A stretch of 60,172 bases of DNA from Opitutales bacterium (GTDB lineage Bacteria; Verrucomicrobiota; Verrucomicrobiia; Opitutales; UBA2987), in assembly GCA_021772535.1 (NCBI GenBank), contig JAJFLV010000021.1, positions 1 to 60,172 of the forward strand, read 5' to 3'. A program made the translations under genes and the position numbers. Positions 27,132 to 38,013 of the stretch are shown piece after piece. The stretch's first letter is position 1. The number at the start of each line of letters is the position of its first letter. The notes beneath the pieces are model-generated. The model was not told where the DNA came from. It was given only the letters and a program-made list of their open reading frames with translations, and ran no database searches.

Positions 27132-28580
27132 ATGAAACAAAAATGTTTAATAACGACTCTCGCGCTTGCGGGCCTTTGTATCACTTCTATGCCTCAATTG
27201 CGAGCTGGTGATAGCAAGAAAGAAGAGGCCATAGCAATAATTGAAAGCCAAAGGGATGCGCTCATTGATTTAAGCGACCGGATATGGACCTATGCGGAAA
27301 CAGCGTTGAAAGAAACCAAATCCTCCAAAGCGCTGGCCGATTATGCCGAGCAGCAGGGATTCGAGGTCGAGCGCGGTGTGGCCGGTATGCCGACCGCCTT
27401 CATGGCCAGTTATGGCAAAGGTTCGCCAATTATCGGAATCATGGGCGAATACGATGCTCTACCCGGTCTTTCGCAAAAACCGACTTCGGTTAAGGAAGCG
27501 CATGAACCGGGTGCCGCCGGTCATGGCTGCGGGCACAATCTTTTCGGCGCAGGGAGCCTGGGTGCGGCCATCGGTATCAAGGAACTGATCGAAGCCGGGA
27601 AATTGACAGGGACGATCCGTTTTTACGGCACACCGGCGGAAGAATCCGTGGGGGGCAAAATCTATATGGTCCGGGAGGGACTTTTCGACGATCTCGATGT
27701 CTGCCTTTCCTGGCATCCCAACTCTAAAATCAAGGCGGATGTGCAAAGCTCGCAGGCACTGGTTGATTTCATTGTCGAATTTCATGGCAAGGCTTCACAT
27801 GCCGCTTTCGATCCATGGAATGGTCGCAGCGCCGTCGATGGGCTTGAACTTTTTACCGACGGTTTGAATATGCTGCGGGAACATGTAAAACCCTCGGTTC
27901 GCATGCACTACGCGATTGTGAATGGCGGCGATGTGCCAAATGTGGTGCCGGAGTATGCCAAACTGTGGTGCTGGGTTCGCGATTCCAAACGCGATGGCGT
28001 GGAAACTGTTCTTAATCGCGTGCGTGATATCGCCAAAGGCGCCGGATTGATGGCAGGAGTGGAATCCAAACTGTCAATTATTTCCGGTGACTACGAAATG
28101 CTCGTCAATATAACGGGTGAAAAGCTAATTTATAAAAACCTGCAATGGCTCGGACCGATTGAATACTCAGAAGAGGAGCAGGAATTTGCGCGAACCATTC
28201 AACGGGCTGTCGGCATTGAAGAAACCGGCCTGAATGGCGAGGTTCAACCCATGGAAAAACCCAAGGAGGACCCGCCCGGAGGTTCGACCGATGTGGGCGA
28301 TGTTAGCTGGGTGGTACCGACCCTGCAACTAGAGGTAACCACAGCCCCCGAAAATTCGCCCTGGCACGCCTGGCCGGTAGTGGCCTGTGGCGGAAATTCA
28401 ATCGGCCAAAAGGGAATGATTTATGCAGCCAAGGCCCTGGCTATCTCAATGGTCGATTTATTTGAAAATGAGGAAGCCCGCCAAGCCATCAAAGCGGAAT
28501 TCAATGAAAAAAGAGGAGACCACGTTTACCAGCCCTATATCCCGGATGGCCCACCGCCTTTGCCCGAGACATCACATTGA
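27132..28580 (+). CDS. M20 family amidohydrolase (AbgB-like) with a signal peptide
   Basis: GEYDALPG, GHGCGHNL, GTPAEE, WHP and GSTDVGDVSW motifs; aaagga ribosome-binding site before ATG 27132. Confidence 0.85.
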   Translation: MKQKCLITTLALAGLCITSMPQLRAGDSKKEEAIAIIESQRDALIDLSDRIWTYAETALKETKSSKALADYAEQQGFEVERGVAGMPTAFMASYGKGSPIIGIMGEYDALPGLSQKPTSVKEAHEPGAAGHGCGHNLFGAGSLGAAIGIKELIEAGKLTGTIRFYGTPAEESVGGKIYMVREGLFDDLDVCLSWHPNSKIKADVQSSQALVDFIVEFHGKASHAAFDPWNGRSAVDGLELFTDGLNMLREHVKPSVRMHYAIVNGGDVPNVVPEYAKLWCWVRDSKRDGVETVLNRVRDIAKGAGLMAGVESKLSIISGDYEMLVNITGEKLIYKNLQWLGPIEYSEEEQEFARTIQRAVGIEETGLNGEVQPMEKPKEDPPGGSTDVGDVSWVVPTLQLEVTTAPENSPWHAWPVVACGGNSIGQKGMIYAAKALAISMVDLFENEEARQAIKAEFNEKRGDHVYQPYIPDGPPPLPETSH

Positions 28581-28611
28581 CTAATCGTTTATTCAGAACC
28601 GAAAACAGGAT

Positions 28612-28752
28612 TTATTCCTTAACCTCTCTTAATCGCTTAGCGTGATTTATCATAACGTTTTTCGTCCAGGTTTCGCCCCTGTCATTGGAGCGGTCCATTT
28701 TCCAGGTAAAGCCATCCTTCCGGATATCGGTGAAGGTAATTTTATCTAGAAC
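28612..28752 (-). pseudogene. 3' remnant of a beta-strand-rich protein (DUF1579-like), truncated at a MITE-like end
   Basis: Manual translation gives VLDKITFTDIRKDGFTWKMDRSNDRGETWTKNVMINHAKRLREVKE*, with an in-frame stop immediately upstream and no start codon at its 5' end. Confidence 0.55.
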
Positions 28753-28803
28753 TTATCTCTTTACCCATTTTGATAATCTTGATTTATAAATGCTGATTCT
28801 TTC

Positions 28804-29460
28804 GTGAAAAGCCGATTTGCAGAATATTTTAATCACGATGAAGATGCGTCAGAATATGACGTTGAAGTGCGGAACGAATTCAATCCAATCCGGACCGGCT
28901 ACGGTGAAACCCTGGCCTGGGTTGCCCAGAAAGCCCAAGTCTCCCCAAAAGATTCCGTTTTGGATCTCGGTTGCGGAACCGGCAATACCTCCGCCCTGTT
29001 GTCGAAAACGGCTGGGCTGGTTTGCGTAGACGTCTCCCTTAAAATGATGGAATTAGCCAAACTCAAGTTGGCCGCAATTGAAAATCTAACTTTTATTCAA
29101 TCCGATCTGCTGGAGTTTTTTGATCGGAATAAACTAAAATTTGACCGTATCGTCAGCACTTATGCGATCCATCATTTGACGGAGAATGAGAAAGCTCTCC
29201 TGTTCAAGGAGATTTACAAATGCCTGGCCCCCGGCGGAAGAGCAGTGTTTGGGGACTTGATGTTTCAGAATGACCATGAGAAAGAAAAGGTAGTCCAGTC
29301 TCTATTGAAGAAGGGTCACAAGGAAGGTGTTGCCGATATCAAAGACGAATTTTTCTGGGATCTGGATAATGCCTTGAATCAATTGGAAAAGTTAGGATTT
29401 CTTACAGTGGTAAAACGGTTTTCCGAGCTTTCCTGGGGTTTGGCGGCAATAAAAATATAA
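28804..29460 (+). CDS. Class I SAM-dependent methyltransferase
   Basis: VLDLGCGTG, FDRIVSTYAIHHL and LAPGG motifs. Confidence 0.9.
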   Translation: MKSRFAEYFNHDEDASEYDVEVRNEFNPIRTGYGETLAWVAQKAQVSPKDSVLDLGCGTGNTSALLSKTAGLVCVDVSLKMMELAKLKLAAIENLTFIQSDLLEFFDRNKLKFDRIVSTYAIHHLTENEKALLFKEIYKCLAPGGRAVFGDLMFQNDHEKEKVVQSLLKKGHKEGVADIKDEFFWDLDNALNQLEKLGFLTVVKRFSELSWGLAAIKI

Positions 29461-29465
29461 ATACC

Positions 29466-29912
29466 ATGAACAAAATTATTCACCTCAAAGCCAATCTGAA
29501 TTGTTCTCCACAATACGCCTTTGCTTGTTTTACGGAGGAAACTTTACTGCAGAAATGGTTATGCTTGAAGGCGGAAGTGGATACTGAGGTCGGAGGTCGT
29601 TATTTTCTGTTTTGGGAACCGGATGATCGCGAAAACAACAGCACTCTGGGTTGCCGCATTACCGCTCTGGAAGAACCGAATCTTCTTTCCTTTGAATGGA
29701 GGGGACCAAAACAATTTAAACATTTCGCCAACCAGGCTGATCCGCTTACTCATGTTGCGGTGTTTCTCCTGCCTGTTGGTAAAGGCATGGACATCCATTT
29801 ATTGCATACGGGCTGGAGAGAATCCCCTCAATGGGAGGAGCATCGCCTTTGGCAGGAAAACGCCTGGAAATTCGCCTTTAAAGCCCTTCAGCAAAGGGTT
29901 GCCCAAACTTGA
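29466..29912 (+). CDS. SRPBCC/AHSA1 ligand-binding domain protein
   Basis: FT...LQKW, VGGRY, ITALEEPNLLSFEW and LLHTGW motifs. Confidence 0.85.
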   Translation: MNKIIHLKANLNCSPQYAFACFTEETLLQKWLCLKAEVDTEVGGRYFLFWEPDDRENNSTLGCRITALEEPNLLSFEWRGPKQFKHFANQADPLTHVAVFLLPVGKGMDIHLLHTGWRESPQWEEHRLWQENAWKFAFKALQQRVAQT

Positions 29913-29928
29913 AATAGTCTTCTCGGGT

Positions 29929-31518
29929 TTATAGCTCCACCAGGTGAATTTTCTCGATGGCAGGATGAGAAGCGAGTTCTTCCAAGGTTTCTTTGGAAGG
30001 TAAATTATCCATTTGCAATACAGTGAGGGCCAGCCCACCCAATGTATTGCGGCTTAAGGACATGCTGGCGATGTTGACGGAATCCTTCCCCAATAAGGTC
30101 CCCACCATCCCGACGATTCCCGGCTCGTCCTTATTTTCAAAAATGAGGAGTTTGCCCTCCAGTCTCGACTCTACTTCCCGCCGATTGATGCCCACAATAC
30201 GCGGTGAATGCCGTTTCCCCACCAATGTTCCTTGAACGCTGGAAACCTTTTTTTCGGCCCCGATCGCCTCCACTCGCACCAGCTCTGTGTAATCCCGCTC
30301 GCTGTCCGACTGGGTAACAATAACCTTGATGCCCAACCGTTTCATGTAATGGGGGGCATTGACCTCGTTTACTCTTTCACCGCTTATGTTTCGCAAATAC
30401 CCGCTCTGAATACATCTTGAGAGCGGCAACGTATCTAAATTGATTATTTTTCCCCAATAAGTGATTCTGATCTTTTGAACGTGCGGTTCGACGATTTGCT
30501 GTAGCACCATGCCCAGCTTTTCCCCCAGTTCAAGATAGGGTTTGAGGATTTTCAAAGTTCCCAATTCGACCGACGGCATATTGAGAGCATTACTGATGAT
30601 CCCCTTTTTCAAAAGATTCGTCACCCCGCGCGCTGCTTCCATGCCAACGCTCCGTTGTGCCTCGATAGTGGATGCGCCCAAATGAGGCGTCAAAACCAGA
30701 CCCGGCTGTTTCCTTAGCTCGCTTTCCAGCGGAACCGGCTCTTGTTCAAAAACGTCAAGGCCGGCCGCAGAGATTTTACCGCTGCGCAGCGCTGCCATTA
30801 AATCCGCCTCCACCACGATTCCGCCCCTGGCACAATTGATTATGCGTACCCCATCTTTCATTCTGGATATGGCCTCAGCATCGATCAAACCGCGAGATGT
30901 GTCTGTCAAAGGCATGTGGACGGTGATGAAATCCGATCGCTCCAGCAATACCTCAAAGTCTACCGATTCTACTTCGAGTGCCTGCCCCCGTTCAGGTGTC
31001 AGGTAGGGATCGTATGTAATAACGGTCATTCCAAAAGACTGTGCCCGTTTGGCTACTCCGCTGCCAACACGTCCCAGGCCGAGTATGCCGACAGTCTTGC
31101 CAAAAAGCTCCCTCCCGAAAAATTTCTGCCTCTCCCACTGCCCCTTCCGCATGGAAGCATCCGCCTGGGTAATGGGACGGGCGGAGCAAAGCATATGGGT
31201 AAATGTCAGTTCCGCGGTCGCGTTGGTGTTGCCGCTGGGGGCATTCATTACCACAATGCCGCGTTGAGTGGCTGCTTCCAGGTCCACGTTATCCACCCCA
31301 ACACCTGCCCTGGCGATAACTTGCAGTGATTTAGCGGCATCAATGATTTCCGCCGTAATTTTTGTATCGCTACGTACGATGATTGCCGCCACATCGGCCA
31401 CCAGCTTTTTCAATTGAACCGGATCGGAACCGAAAGCTTCCATTATTTCGAATTCCGGCTGCTGGTTTAAATATTCGATTCCCGCATCGGAAATTTGGTC
31501 CGCGATTAATATTTTCAT
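29929..31518 (-). CDS. serA: D-3-phosphoglycerate dehydrogenase
   Basis: RAGVGVDNVD, GLGRVG, INCARGG and TPHLGAST motifs; C-terminal ACT domain. Confidence 0.93.
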   Translation of the reverse strand: MKILIADQISDAGIEYLNQQPEFEIMEAFGSDPVQLKKLVADVAAIIVRSDTKITAEIIDAAKSLQVIARAGVGVDNVDLEAATQRGIVVMNAPSGNTNATAELTFTHMLCSARPITQADASMRKGQWERQKFFGRELFGKTVGILGLGRVGSGVAKRAQSFGMTVITYDPYLTPERGQALEVESVDFEVLLERSDFITVHMPLTDTSRGLIDAEAISRMKDGVRIINCARGGIVVEADLMAALRSGKISAAGLDVFEQEPVPLESELRKQPGLVLTPHLGASTIEAQRSVGMEAARGVTNLLKKGIISNALNMPSVELGTLKILKPYLELGEKLGMVLQQIVEPHVQKIRITYWGKIINLDTLPLSRCIQSGYLRNISGERVNEVNAPHYMKRLGIKVIVTQSDSERDYTELVRVEAIGAEKKVSSVQGTLVGKRHSPRIVGINRREVESRLEGKLLIFENKDEPGIVGMVGTLLGKDSVNIASMSLSRNTLGGLALTVLQMDNLPSKETLEELASHPAIEKIHLVEL

Positions 31519-31630
31519 TTGTCCTTAGTTGCAAAGATTACTTCTGCTATTCTTATAGGAGTACCGCATCGAAAGGTAGATTTTGGTCATTGGTTTTTAA
31601 TGACGGTATCTGCATAGTAGTAGCTCAAGT

Positions 31631-33184
31631 CTAATATGAGATTGATTCGATTTCAACATCGAGATTTCCCATCAATCTCATAAAAGGCAGAGTCATGTCG
31701 AAAAGGCTGTTTTCATCCAGCGAACCGGTGTAAAAGGCAATTCTGGTAGGTGAAGTTTCACTTTCCCCAAGTGCTGCATCGAAATCGACCCAGTATCCAT
31801 TCAGGTAAAACTGCGTCCACATGTGAAAACCGAGAATGTTCTCCTTGCCTTGAAATTCGGGCAAATAGGCCAGGCCGACAGCGATCCGTGAAGGCAGGTT
31901 CCGTATCCGACCCAAGGCGGCCAAAAAGACGGCATGCTCGGTGCAATCGCCGACCGGATTGATGGCTACTTCGCTGGCAGTGGCAAAACCCACCGAAAGC
32001 GACTTTTGGGAAATATAACGACTGGCAAATTTCCTCAATAAATCTGCCTCTTCGATGGGCTCAGTGGATTGACCGGCAGCTTTGGAAGCTAAGACGATTA
32101 ATTTTTCATCCTCAATATTAATATTCGCATTGCCGGTTAAAAAGTCCGAAAAATTCTCACCCTCCGCTCCTCCGCCGGGACTTCCCTTCAATGCTTCGTG
32201 ATTAGCTTGAGTGACTTTTATTAGGGCGCCTTCCAGATCGGAACTCACAATGTTTTGAGAATAACTTGCGGGCCAAAAAAACGGACTCTCCAACTGTTTC
32301 TTGAATTTTATGGCAAAGGTGACCGCTTTCGCGTCTTGAGGAATTTTTTCCGGCAAATCGAGGAGGCTAAATCCAAACAGATCGGCGGGAACAAAATTCG
32401 CCAACGCAGAGGATTCATCGGAATTGTAAAGAGTCAGCGCCATTCCTCCCATAGGAAATAAGGTTTTCAGCGCCCTCCCCTCCTCATCCAGCCATGATAT
32501 GCTTTCAAAGTAACCACTACCGAGATCCATGGTCGTGGTTACTTTTCTTCCTTCGGAAAACTCACCCTTTTTTATCAGGGGTTCCATTTTTCCCACGGCG
32601 ATAACGGTCTGGACCGGTCCATCAAGCCGGATTTCGGGGTTGAACAAGGGTAGTTGGTACTGGGTGCCCGCTTCAAATCCGTGCTGGATGGTTTCCCTCG
32701 TTAAGCCCCAGAACAATAGCGCCCCCTTGCTCCAGGGATACTCCGATGTCTGAAGATTTCCGGCCTGAGAGGTTTTTACCTGGAGAAAGTCTCCCTTTAT
32801 CTCTCCATCAATGGTTACGGGCAGGCTGCCCATGAGCATTTTTATCTGAAAAAAGAGGGGCTCACCGGAAACAGTTTCCACAGTTTTCTGCTCCGATTCC
32901 AGCGATACTTCGACGGGGCCTCGACTCAACCGCATAGACATCAGATTGCTGGAAAAAATACGCCCCCCCTTGCGGCTGAAGGTACTTCGCGAATAGCCGA
33001 TCTTGCTCTCCCCCAGAAAAACCTCCTGCCAGTCTTCCCAAAATATTCCCTTCGGAGGATCGTTCATATCGATTTCGGTTAATCCGGCAGCAGATAAATT
33101 CTCTGAATCGGCAGCCAGAATACCTGAAACGATGAACAATACCCCCAAAAAGGATCTTGAGCGAATTGACCTCAAATTTTTCAA
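31631..33184 (-). CDS. Exported transglutaminase-like (Cys-His-Asp) domain protein
   Basis: Signal/TM N-terminus; GDCTEHAV, FHMW and WVDFD motifs. Confidence 0.85.
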   Translation of the reverse strand: MKNLRSIRSRSFLGVLFIVSGILAADSENLSAAGLTEIDMNDPPKGIFWEDWQEVFLGESKIGYSRSTFSRKGGRIFSSNLMSMRLSRGPVEVSLESEQKTVETVSGEPLFFQIKMLMGSLPVTIDGEIKGDFLQVKTSQAGNLQTSEYPWSKGALLFWGLTRETIQHGFEAGTQYQLPLFNPEIRLDGPVQTVIAVGKMEPLIKKGEFSEGRKVTTTMDLGSGYFESISWLDEEGRALKTLFPMGGMALTLYNSDESSALANFVPADLFGFSLLDLPEKIPQDAKAVTFAIKFKKQLESPFFWPASYSQNIVSSDLEGALIKVTQANHEALKGSPGGGAEGENFSDFLTGNANINIEDEKLIVLASKAAGQSTEPIEEADLLRKFASRYISQKSLSVGFATASEVAINPVGDCTEHAVFLAALGRIRNLPSRIAVGLAYLPEFQGKENILGFHMWTQFYLNGYWVDFDAALGESETSPTRIAFYTGSLDENSLFDMTLPFMRLMGNLDVEIESISY

Positions 33185-33311
33185 GCCGATAAGCTAATCC
33201 AGAAGGGATAGAAGGGCAAAACAAATCCAATATGGGTTCTGCTTGCTCCGGTATACGATTCGGATTGATAATTCCGTCCTTAGTTAGTTGATACTTTATT
33301 GGAAGGAAACT

Positions 33312-34700
33312 ATGAAAAAACACTATGAATTTATTGTGATCGGCGGGGGAAGCGCCGGATATGCTGCAGCCAGCACTTACGGCAAGGGACGCAACGAAGT
33401 GGCTGTGGTCGACAGTTCAGCAGAGCTTGGCGGTTTATGTATTTTGCGCGGCTGCATGCCGTCGAAAACCCTCCTTTACATTGCCGATGTGCTTCATCAT
33501 GCCCGCCATGGCGCCAAATTCGGGTTGGAGATTCCGTCCGCCAAAGCTGATATGGCCGCAGTCCATGAGCGCAAGAAAAGAATCATCGGAGAGTTCGCCG
33601 ATTACCGGGCCGGGCAACTGCAAAGCGGAAAATTCGAGCTTTACCGCCATTCCGCCCGTTTTGTAGATGATAAAACCATCCTCTTGGACGATGGATCAGA
33701 ACTGACTGCTGACGCTTTTCTCGTCTCGACGGGTTCAGTGGTGAATTTCCCTCCCCTTGCGGGACTGAAAGAGGATTCAGCCATCATCAGCGACAATGTC
33801 CTTGATCTTGATCACCTGCCGGAATCGGTCATAGTGTTGGGCGGTGGAGTGGTTGCCTGCGAATTAGCCCAGTTTCTCAATCGAATGGGCTCCAAAGTTA
33901 TCCAAATTCAACGCAACCCCATGATTCTCAAAGAGGGTTCACCGGAGGCGGCTCGGGTTGTCATGCAGGCATTTCGGGACGAGGGCATCGAGTTGCATAC
34001 CGGCACCAAAATAACCAAAATCGAGAAAACAGGAGACCGGTTTCAGGTAGCTTTTCAAGCCAATGGTCAGGAAGTCACCCGAGAGGCAACCTATTTGTTC
34101 AACGCCATGGGCCGCAAACCGAATACGGCAAACCTGGGGCTGGACCACGCCAGGGTGGAACTGCTTCCCAGCGGTCACCTCAAAACCAATTCCTTTCAGC
34201 AGTCAACAAATCCTCGAATATATGCCGCCGGAGACTGCGCTGGTCCGCACGAAATTGTGCATGTAGCTATTATGCAGGGAGAGGTTGCAGCCCGCCATGC
34301 CGCCGGGCTGAACCCGGAACCGGTCAATTACGATCACCTGACCAAAGTAATTTTTACCGACCCCCAGGTGGCCGCGACGGGGATAACGGAAACTGATTTA
34401 AAGGCCAGCAATGTCCCTTTTCTGAGTGCTGATTATCCTTTCAACGACCACGGAAAATCGATCCTTATGGAAGCCAAATACGGTTATGTAAAAGTTTGGG
34501 CCGATCAATCGAATGGAACAGTGCTGGGAGCCGAATGTGTGGGCAAAGATGCTGGTGAACTCATCCACTCAATGACGGTGGCAGTAGCCTTAAAGGCCAA
34601 TGTGTTCGACCTCTTGAAAGCCCACTGGTACCACCCCACCCTGTCGGAAATCTGGACCTACCCGCTCGAGGAAATCGCAGAGGAATTGAAACCAGGATAA
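33312..34700 (+). CDS. Class I pyridine nucleotide-disulfide oxidoreductase (dihydrolipoamide dehydrogenase-like)
   Basis: VIGGGSAG, GGLCILRGCMPSK, YAAGD and HPTLSE motifs; no MerA C-terminal Cys pair. Confidence 0.88.
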   Translation: MKKHYEFIVIGGGSAGYAAASTYGKGRNEVAVVDSSAELGGLCILRGCMPSKTLLYIADVLHHARHGAKFGLEIPSAKADMAAVHERKKRIIGEFADYRAGQLQSGKFELYRHSARFVDDKTILLDDGSELTADAFLVSTGSVVNFPPLAGLKEDSAIISDNVLDLDHLPESVIVLGGGVVACELAQFLNRMGSKVIQIQRNPMILKEGSPEAARVVMQAFRDEGIELHTGTKITKIEKTGDRFQVAFQANGQEVTREATYLFNAMGRKPNTANLGLDHARVELLPSGHLKTNSFQQSTNPRIYAAGDCAGPHEIVHVAIMQGEVAARHAAGLNPEPVNYDHLTKVIFTDPQVAATGITETDLKASNVPFLSADYPFNDHGKSILMEAKYGYVKVWADQSNGTVLGAECVGKDAGELIHSMTVAVALKANVFDLLKAHWYHPTLSEIWTYPLEEIAEELKPG

Positions 34701-35423
34701 CTAACCTGCGGCGATTAATTCACCCAAATCGATTTTTCCCTCATAAAGAGCCCGGCCAATAATAACCCCCTCGAGGTTTCGATGGACTTGGGACATGGAT
34801 TGAAATTTCTGCACGTCGTGAGGGTCCGCCACTCCACCTGAGGCAATTATTCGTGCCGGGACATTTTCCAGCATTTCCCTCTGGGCCGTAAAATTGGGTC
34901 CGGTCAACATGCCGTCTTTGGCAATATCGGTATAGATGATGGTATCCACACCCAGGGATGTGACCTGCCGAGCCAAGTCGAGAGCAGTCCACTCGGCGGC
35001 ATCAACCCAACCTCGCAAGGCCACTTTACCTCTCAGAGCATCGATGCCGACTGCGATTCGGGAGCCAAATCGTTCCACCATTGATTCCAGGAATTCACTG
35101 TCTTCCACCGCTGAGGTGCCGAGAACCACCCTGGCCACCCCGCATTGAAAAGCCTGCTCGATATCTTCAATTTGCCGTAATCCTCCACCCATCTGAATTT
35201 TAAGCCCGGTGGAGGAAATTTTTTTAAGCGCGGACCAGTTTTGCGGGTGGCCGGTAAAGGCGCCATCCAGATCAACCACATGTATCCATTCCGCTCCGGC
35301 ATCTTTCCAAAGTCGCGCCGGAACCAATGGATCTTCGTAATAAACCGTTTCTTTGTCGGCTCTGCCCTGCTCAAGACGAACTACTCGCCCTTGGCGCAAA
35401 TCGATAGCTGGATATATGTTCAA
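34701..35423 (-). CDS. hisA: ProFAR isomerase
   Basis: IYPAIDL, HVVDLDGA, GGGLR, YTDIAKDG and IASGG motifs. Confidence 0.95.
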   Translation of the reverse strand: MNIYPAIDLRQGRVVRLEQGRADKETVYYEDPLVPARLWKDAGAEWIHVVDLDGAFTGHPQNWSALKKISSTGLKIQMGGGLRQIEDIEQAFQCGVARVVLGTSAVEDSEFLESMVERFGSRIAVGIDALRGKVALRGWVDAAEWTALDLARQVTSLGVDTIIYTDIAKDGMLTGPNFTAQREMLENVPARIIASGGVADPHDVQKFQSMSQVHRNLEGVIIGRALYEGKIDLGELIAAG

Positions 35424-35592
35424 AATTCCGAACTTATTATGGTTTATGACAATACCTAAGCAATCGACTGTAAATCTGCACTGCCTTCGGGTTTAACAAT
35501 AACGATGAAGAAAATTTGTAGAAATAAGAAAAAGTTTTGCTTAAATCCCAAAAAATGTATGCCCTGTGGTCGATGACAACAGTTTAATTCAC

Positions 35593-36666
35593 ATGCCGAA
35601 AAAGAAAAACCTGGCGCCACCAAAATTTTTAGTCGACCTGCTTGATGCTCGTTCTCCATCCGGTTATGAAGGGGAAGCGCAAGCAGTCGTCGACAGTTAC
35701 ATCAAACCCATTGCCGAAGAATATGAAAAGGATAACCTCGGCAATCGCATAGCCACCATAAACCCTAAAGGCAGTCCGGTCCTCATGCTGGCGGGTCATA
35801 TGGATGAGTTGGGTTTGCAAATTCGTTACGTAGGCAGGAACGGTTTTCTTTATTTCGATACAATCGGAGGTCACGACAAGATAATGATTTCCGGCCGCAG
35901 GGTGGACATTCTGACAAAGAAGGGAATCGTCAAAGGGGTAACGGGAAAACGAGCCCTTCACCTGATGACGCCGGAAGACCGTAAAAAAGTGCCTGAACTG
36001 CACAAAATGTGGATCGACATCGGGGCAAAGGACAAGAAAGAAGCTCTCAATTACGTGCAAATCGGTGACTCAGCGGTCTATGACCAGAGTTTCGAGCTAA
36101 TACGAGGCAATATCGGTGTGGCCAGAGCTTTTGACAACAAGGCAGGAGCTTATGTGGTCAATGAAGCGCTTCGGCGGTTGGCCAAAGTTAAGCAACTTCG
36201 TTCCAAGGTAGTGGCAGTCTCCACCGCTCAGGAGGAGATCGGCACTCGCGGGGCTATCGCGGCTGCCTATGCGGTCAACCCGCAGTTTGCCATCGCGGTG
36301 GACGTAAGCCATGCCACCGACCATCCTGATTGCGACAACCGAAAATATGGGGAAACAAAGCTGGGAGGGGGCCCCATTCTAACCCGCGGAGCCAACATCA
36401 ATCCGGTAATTTTCAAGTTGTTGATCGAGTGTGCGGAAAAGGAAAAAATACCCTATCAGGTGGAAGCGGAACCGAGGCCTACGGGGACCGACGGCCGGGC
36501 CATTCAGATTGGCCGGGCAGGGGTAGCCACAGCCGTAATTTCTATCCCTTTACGCTATATGCACACTCCCAGTGAAGTTGTAAACCTGGAGGATATTGAA
36601 AACTGCGTCCGGCTGATTGTAGCCTTTGCCAAGTCACTGAAAAAGGACAGCCATGGCCGTTGGTAG
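35593..36666 (+). CDS. M42 family metallopeptidase
   Basis: SPSGYE, AGHMDE, AFDNK, QEEIG, GTDG and RYMHT motifs. Confidence 0.9.
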   Translation: MPKKKNLAPPKFLVDLLDARSPSGYEGEAQAVVDSYIKPIAEEYEKDNLGNRIATINPKGSPVLMLAGHMDELGLQIRYVGRNGFLYFDTIGGHDKIMISGRRVDILTKKGIVKGVTGKRALHLMTPEDRKKVPELHKMWIDIGAKDKKEALNYVQIGDSAVYDQSFELIRGNIGVARAFDNKAGAYVVNEALRRLAKVKQLRSKVVAVSTAQEEIGTRGAIAAAYAVNPQFAIAVDVSHATDHPDCDNRKYGETKLGGGPILTRGANINPVIFKLLIECAEKEKIPYQVEAEPRPTGTDGRAIQIGRAGVATAVISIPLRYMHTPSEVVNLEDIENCVRLIVAFAKSLKKDSHGRW

Positions 36667-36705
36667 CGCCGGAAGTTGAGGAAGATCCGGGAAAAAAACG
36701 CAAAT

Positions 36706-38001
36706 TCAGGCGGCGTCTTTGCCCGCTTTTTTGACAATTTTACTCAGTTTGGGCTGGCGTTTGCCCTCTACCACCGCCCTCGAAATAGCCACTTCAGTAA
36801 CTTCATCAAGATTGGGAATATCATACATTAGGTCGAGCATCAGCCTTTCCATAATAGATCGTAAGGCTCGCGCTCCTGTTTTGAGCTCCATTGCTTCCTC
36901 GGCCACAGCCCGCAAGGCGTCCTTTGTAAAATTGAGTCGCACCCCCTCCATGGCGAATAATTTTCCGTATTGCTTGACCAAGGCGTTCCTGGTGTTGAGG
37001 AGGATTTTTTCAAGATCCTCGATGCGGAGTTCATTGAGAATGGTAATCACCGGCAGACGCCCGATAAACTCCGGGATCATGCCGAATTTTATCAGATCCG
37101 CCGGAGCAATTCGCTTCATCATGGCGCTGTCCCGCTTATCCTGGTGCTCTTGTTCGCGGGCCGAGTTGTAGCCGAGAATCTTTACCCCCACCCTTTGGCG
37201 AATCAGGTTCTCCAAACCCACAAAGGCGCCGCCGCAAATAAAGAGAATATTGCTGGTGTTAACCTGGATGTATTCCTGATTGGGATGCTTGCGGCCTCCT
37301 TGCGGGGGAACGTTGCAGGTGGTACCCTCGAGAATTTTTAACAACGCTTGCTGGACCCCCTCTCCGGAAACATCGCGGGTTATGGAAACATTGTCCGTTT
37401 TGCGGCCGATTTTGTCTATTTCGTCCACATAAATAATGCCGCACTCTGCTTTTTTGACATCGTAATTAGCTGCCTGCAAAAGCCTCAAAACAATATTTTC
37501 GACATCCTCGCCCACATAACCGGCCTCAGTCAGTGTGGTGGCATCGGCAATGGCAAAAGGCACCTCAAGCAATTTGGCCAACGTTCTCGCCAACAAGGTT
37601 TTACCGCTGCCGGTCGGTCCAACAAGCAGTATGTTGCTCTTTTCAATCTCAACCTCCTCAAACTCCTGCCTCGGCCCGCTTATGATCATGCCGGGAACCG
37701 GGTTTTCCGCCATAAGCCTTTTGTAATGGTTGTAAACAGCCACCGCGAGCACCTTCTTGGCTTGGTCCTGGCCAATTATATAGTCGTCCAGAGATTTCTT
37801 GATTTCGGAGGGTTTGACCAGTTTGAAGGCGGTCTCCGCATTCCCTTCCGGGGATCGGAGCTCCCGATCGATGATCGTTTTACAGACTGAAACGCACGAA
37901 TCGCAGATATAAACCCCGGCCGGTCCGGCAATCATTTTGCGAACTTCGTTCTGCGATTTCCCGCAGAAGGAACAGAAGGTCATTTTTGCGGATCGGGCCA
38001 T
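36706..38001 (-). CDS. clpX: ATP-dependent Clp protease ATP-binding subunit
   Basis: CSFCGK zinc finger, [13 protein letters not shown] and GARALR motifs. Confidence 0.97.
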   Translation of the reverse strand: MARSAKMTFCSFCGKSQNEVRKMIAGPAGVYICDSCVSVCKTIIDRELRSPEGNAETAFKLVKPSEIKKSLDDYIIGQDQAKKVLAVAVYNHYKRLMAENPVPGMIISGPRQEFEEVEIEKSNILLVGPTGSGKTLLARTLAKLLEVPFAIADATTLTEAGYVGEDVENIVLRLLQAANYDVKKAECGIIYVDEIDKIGRKTDNVSITRDVSGEGVQQALLKILEGTTCNVPPQGGRKHPNQEYIQVNTSNILFICGGAFVGLENLIRQRVGVKILGYNSAREQEHQDKRDSAMMKRIAPADLIKFGMIPEFIGRLPVITILNELRIEDLEKILLNTRNALVKQYGKLFAMEGVRLNFTKDALRAVAEEAMELKTGARALRSIMERLMLDLMYDIPNLDEVTEVAISRAVVEGKRQPKLSKIVKKAGKDAA

Positions 38002-38013
38002 AAAAGATTAATG

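Noticed and set aside
33312-34700. Mercuric reductase (merA) call
   Set aside because: No C-terminal Cys-Cys pair, no N-terminal metal-binding domain and no mer genes; HPTLSE is lipoamide-dehydrogenase-like.
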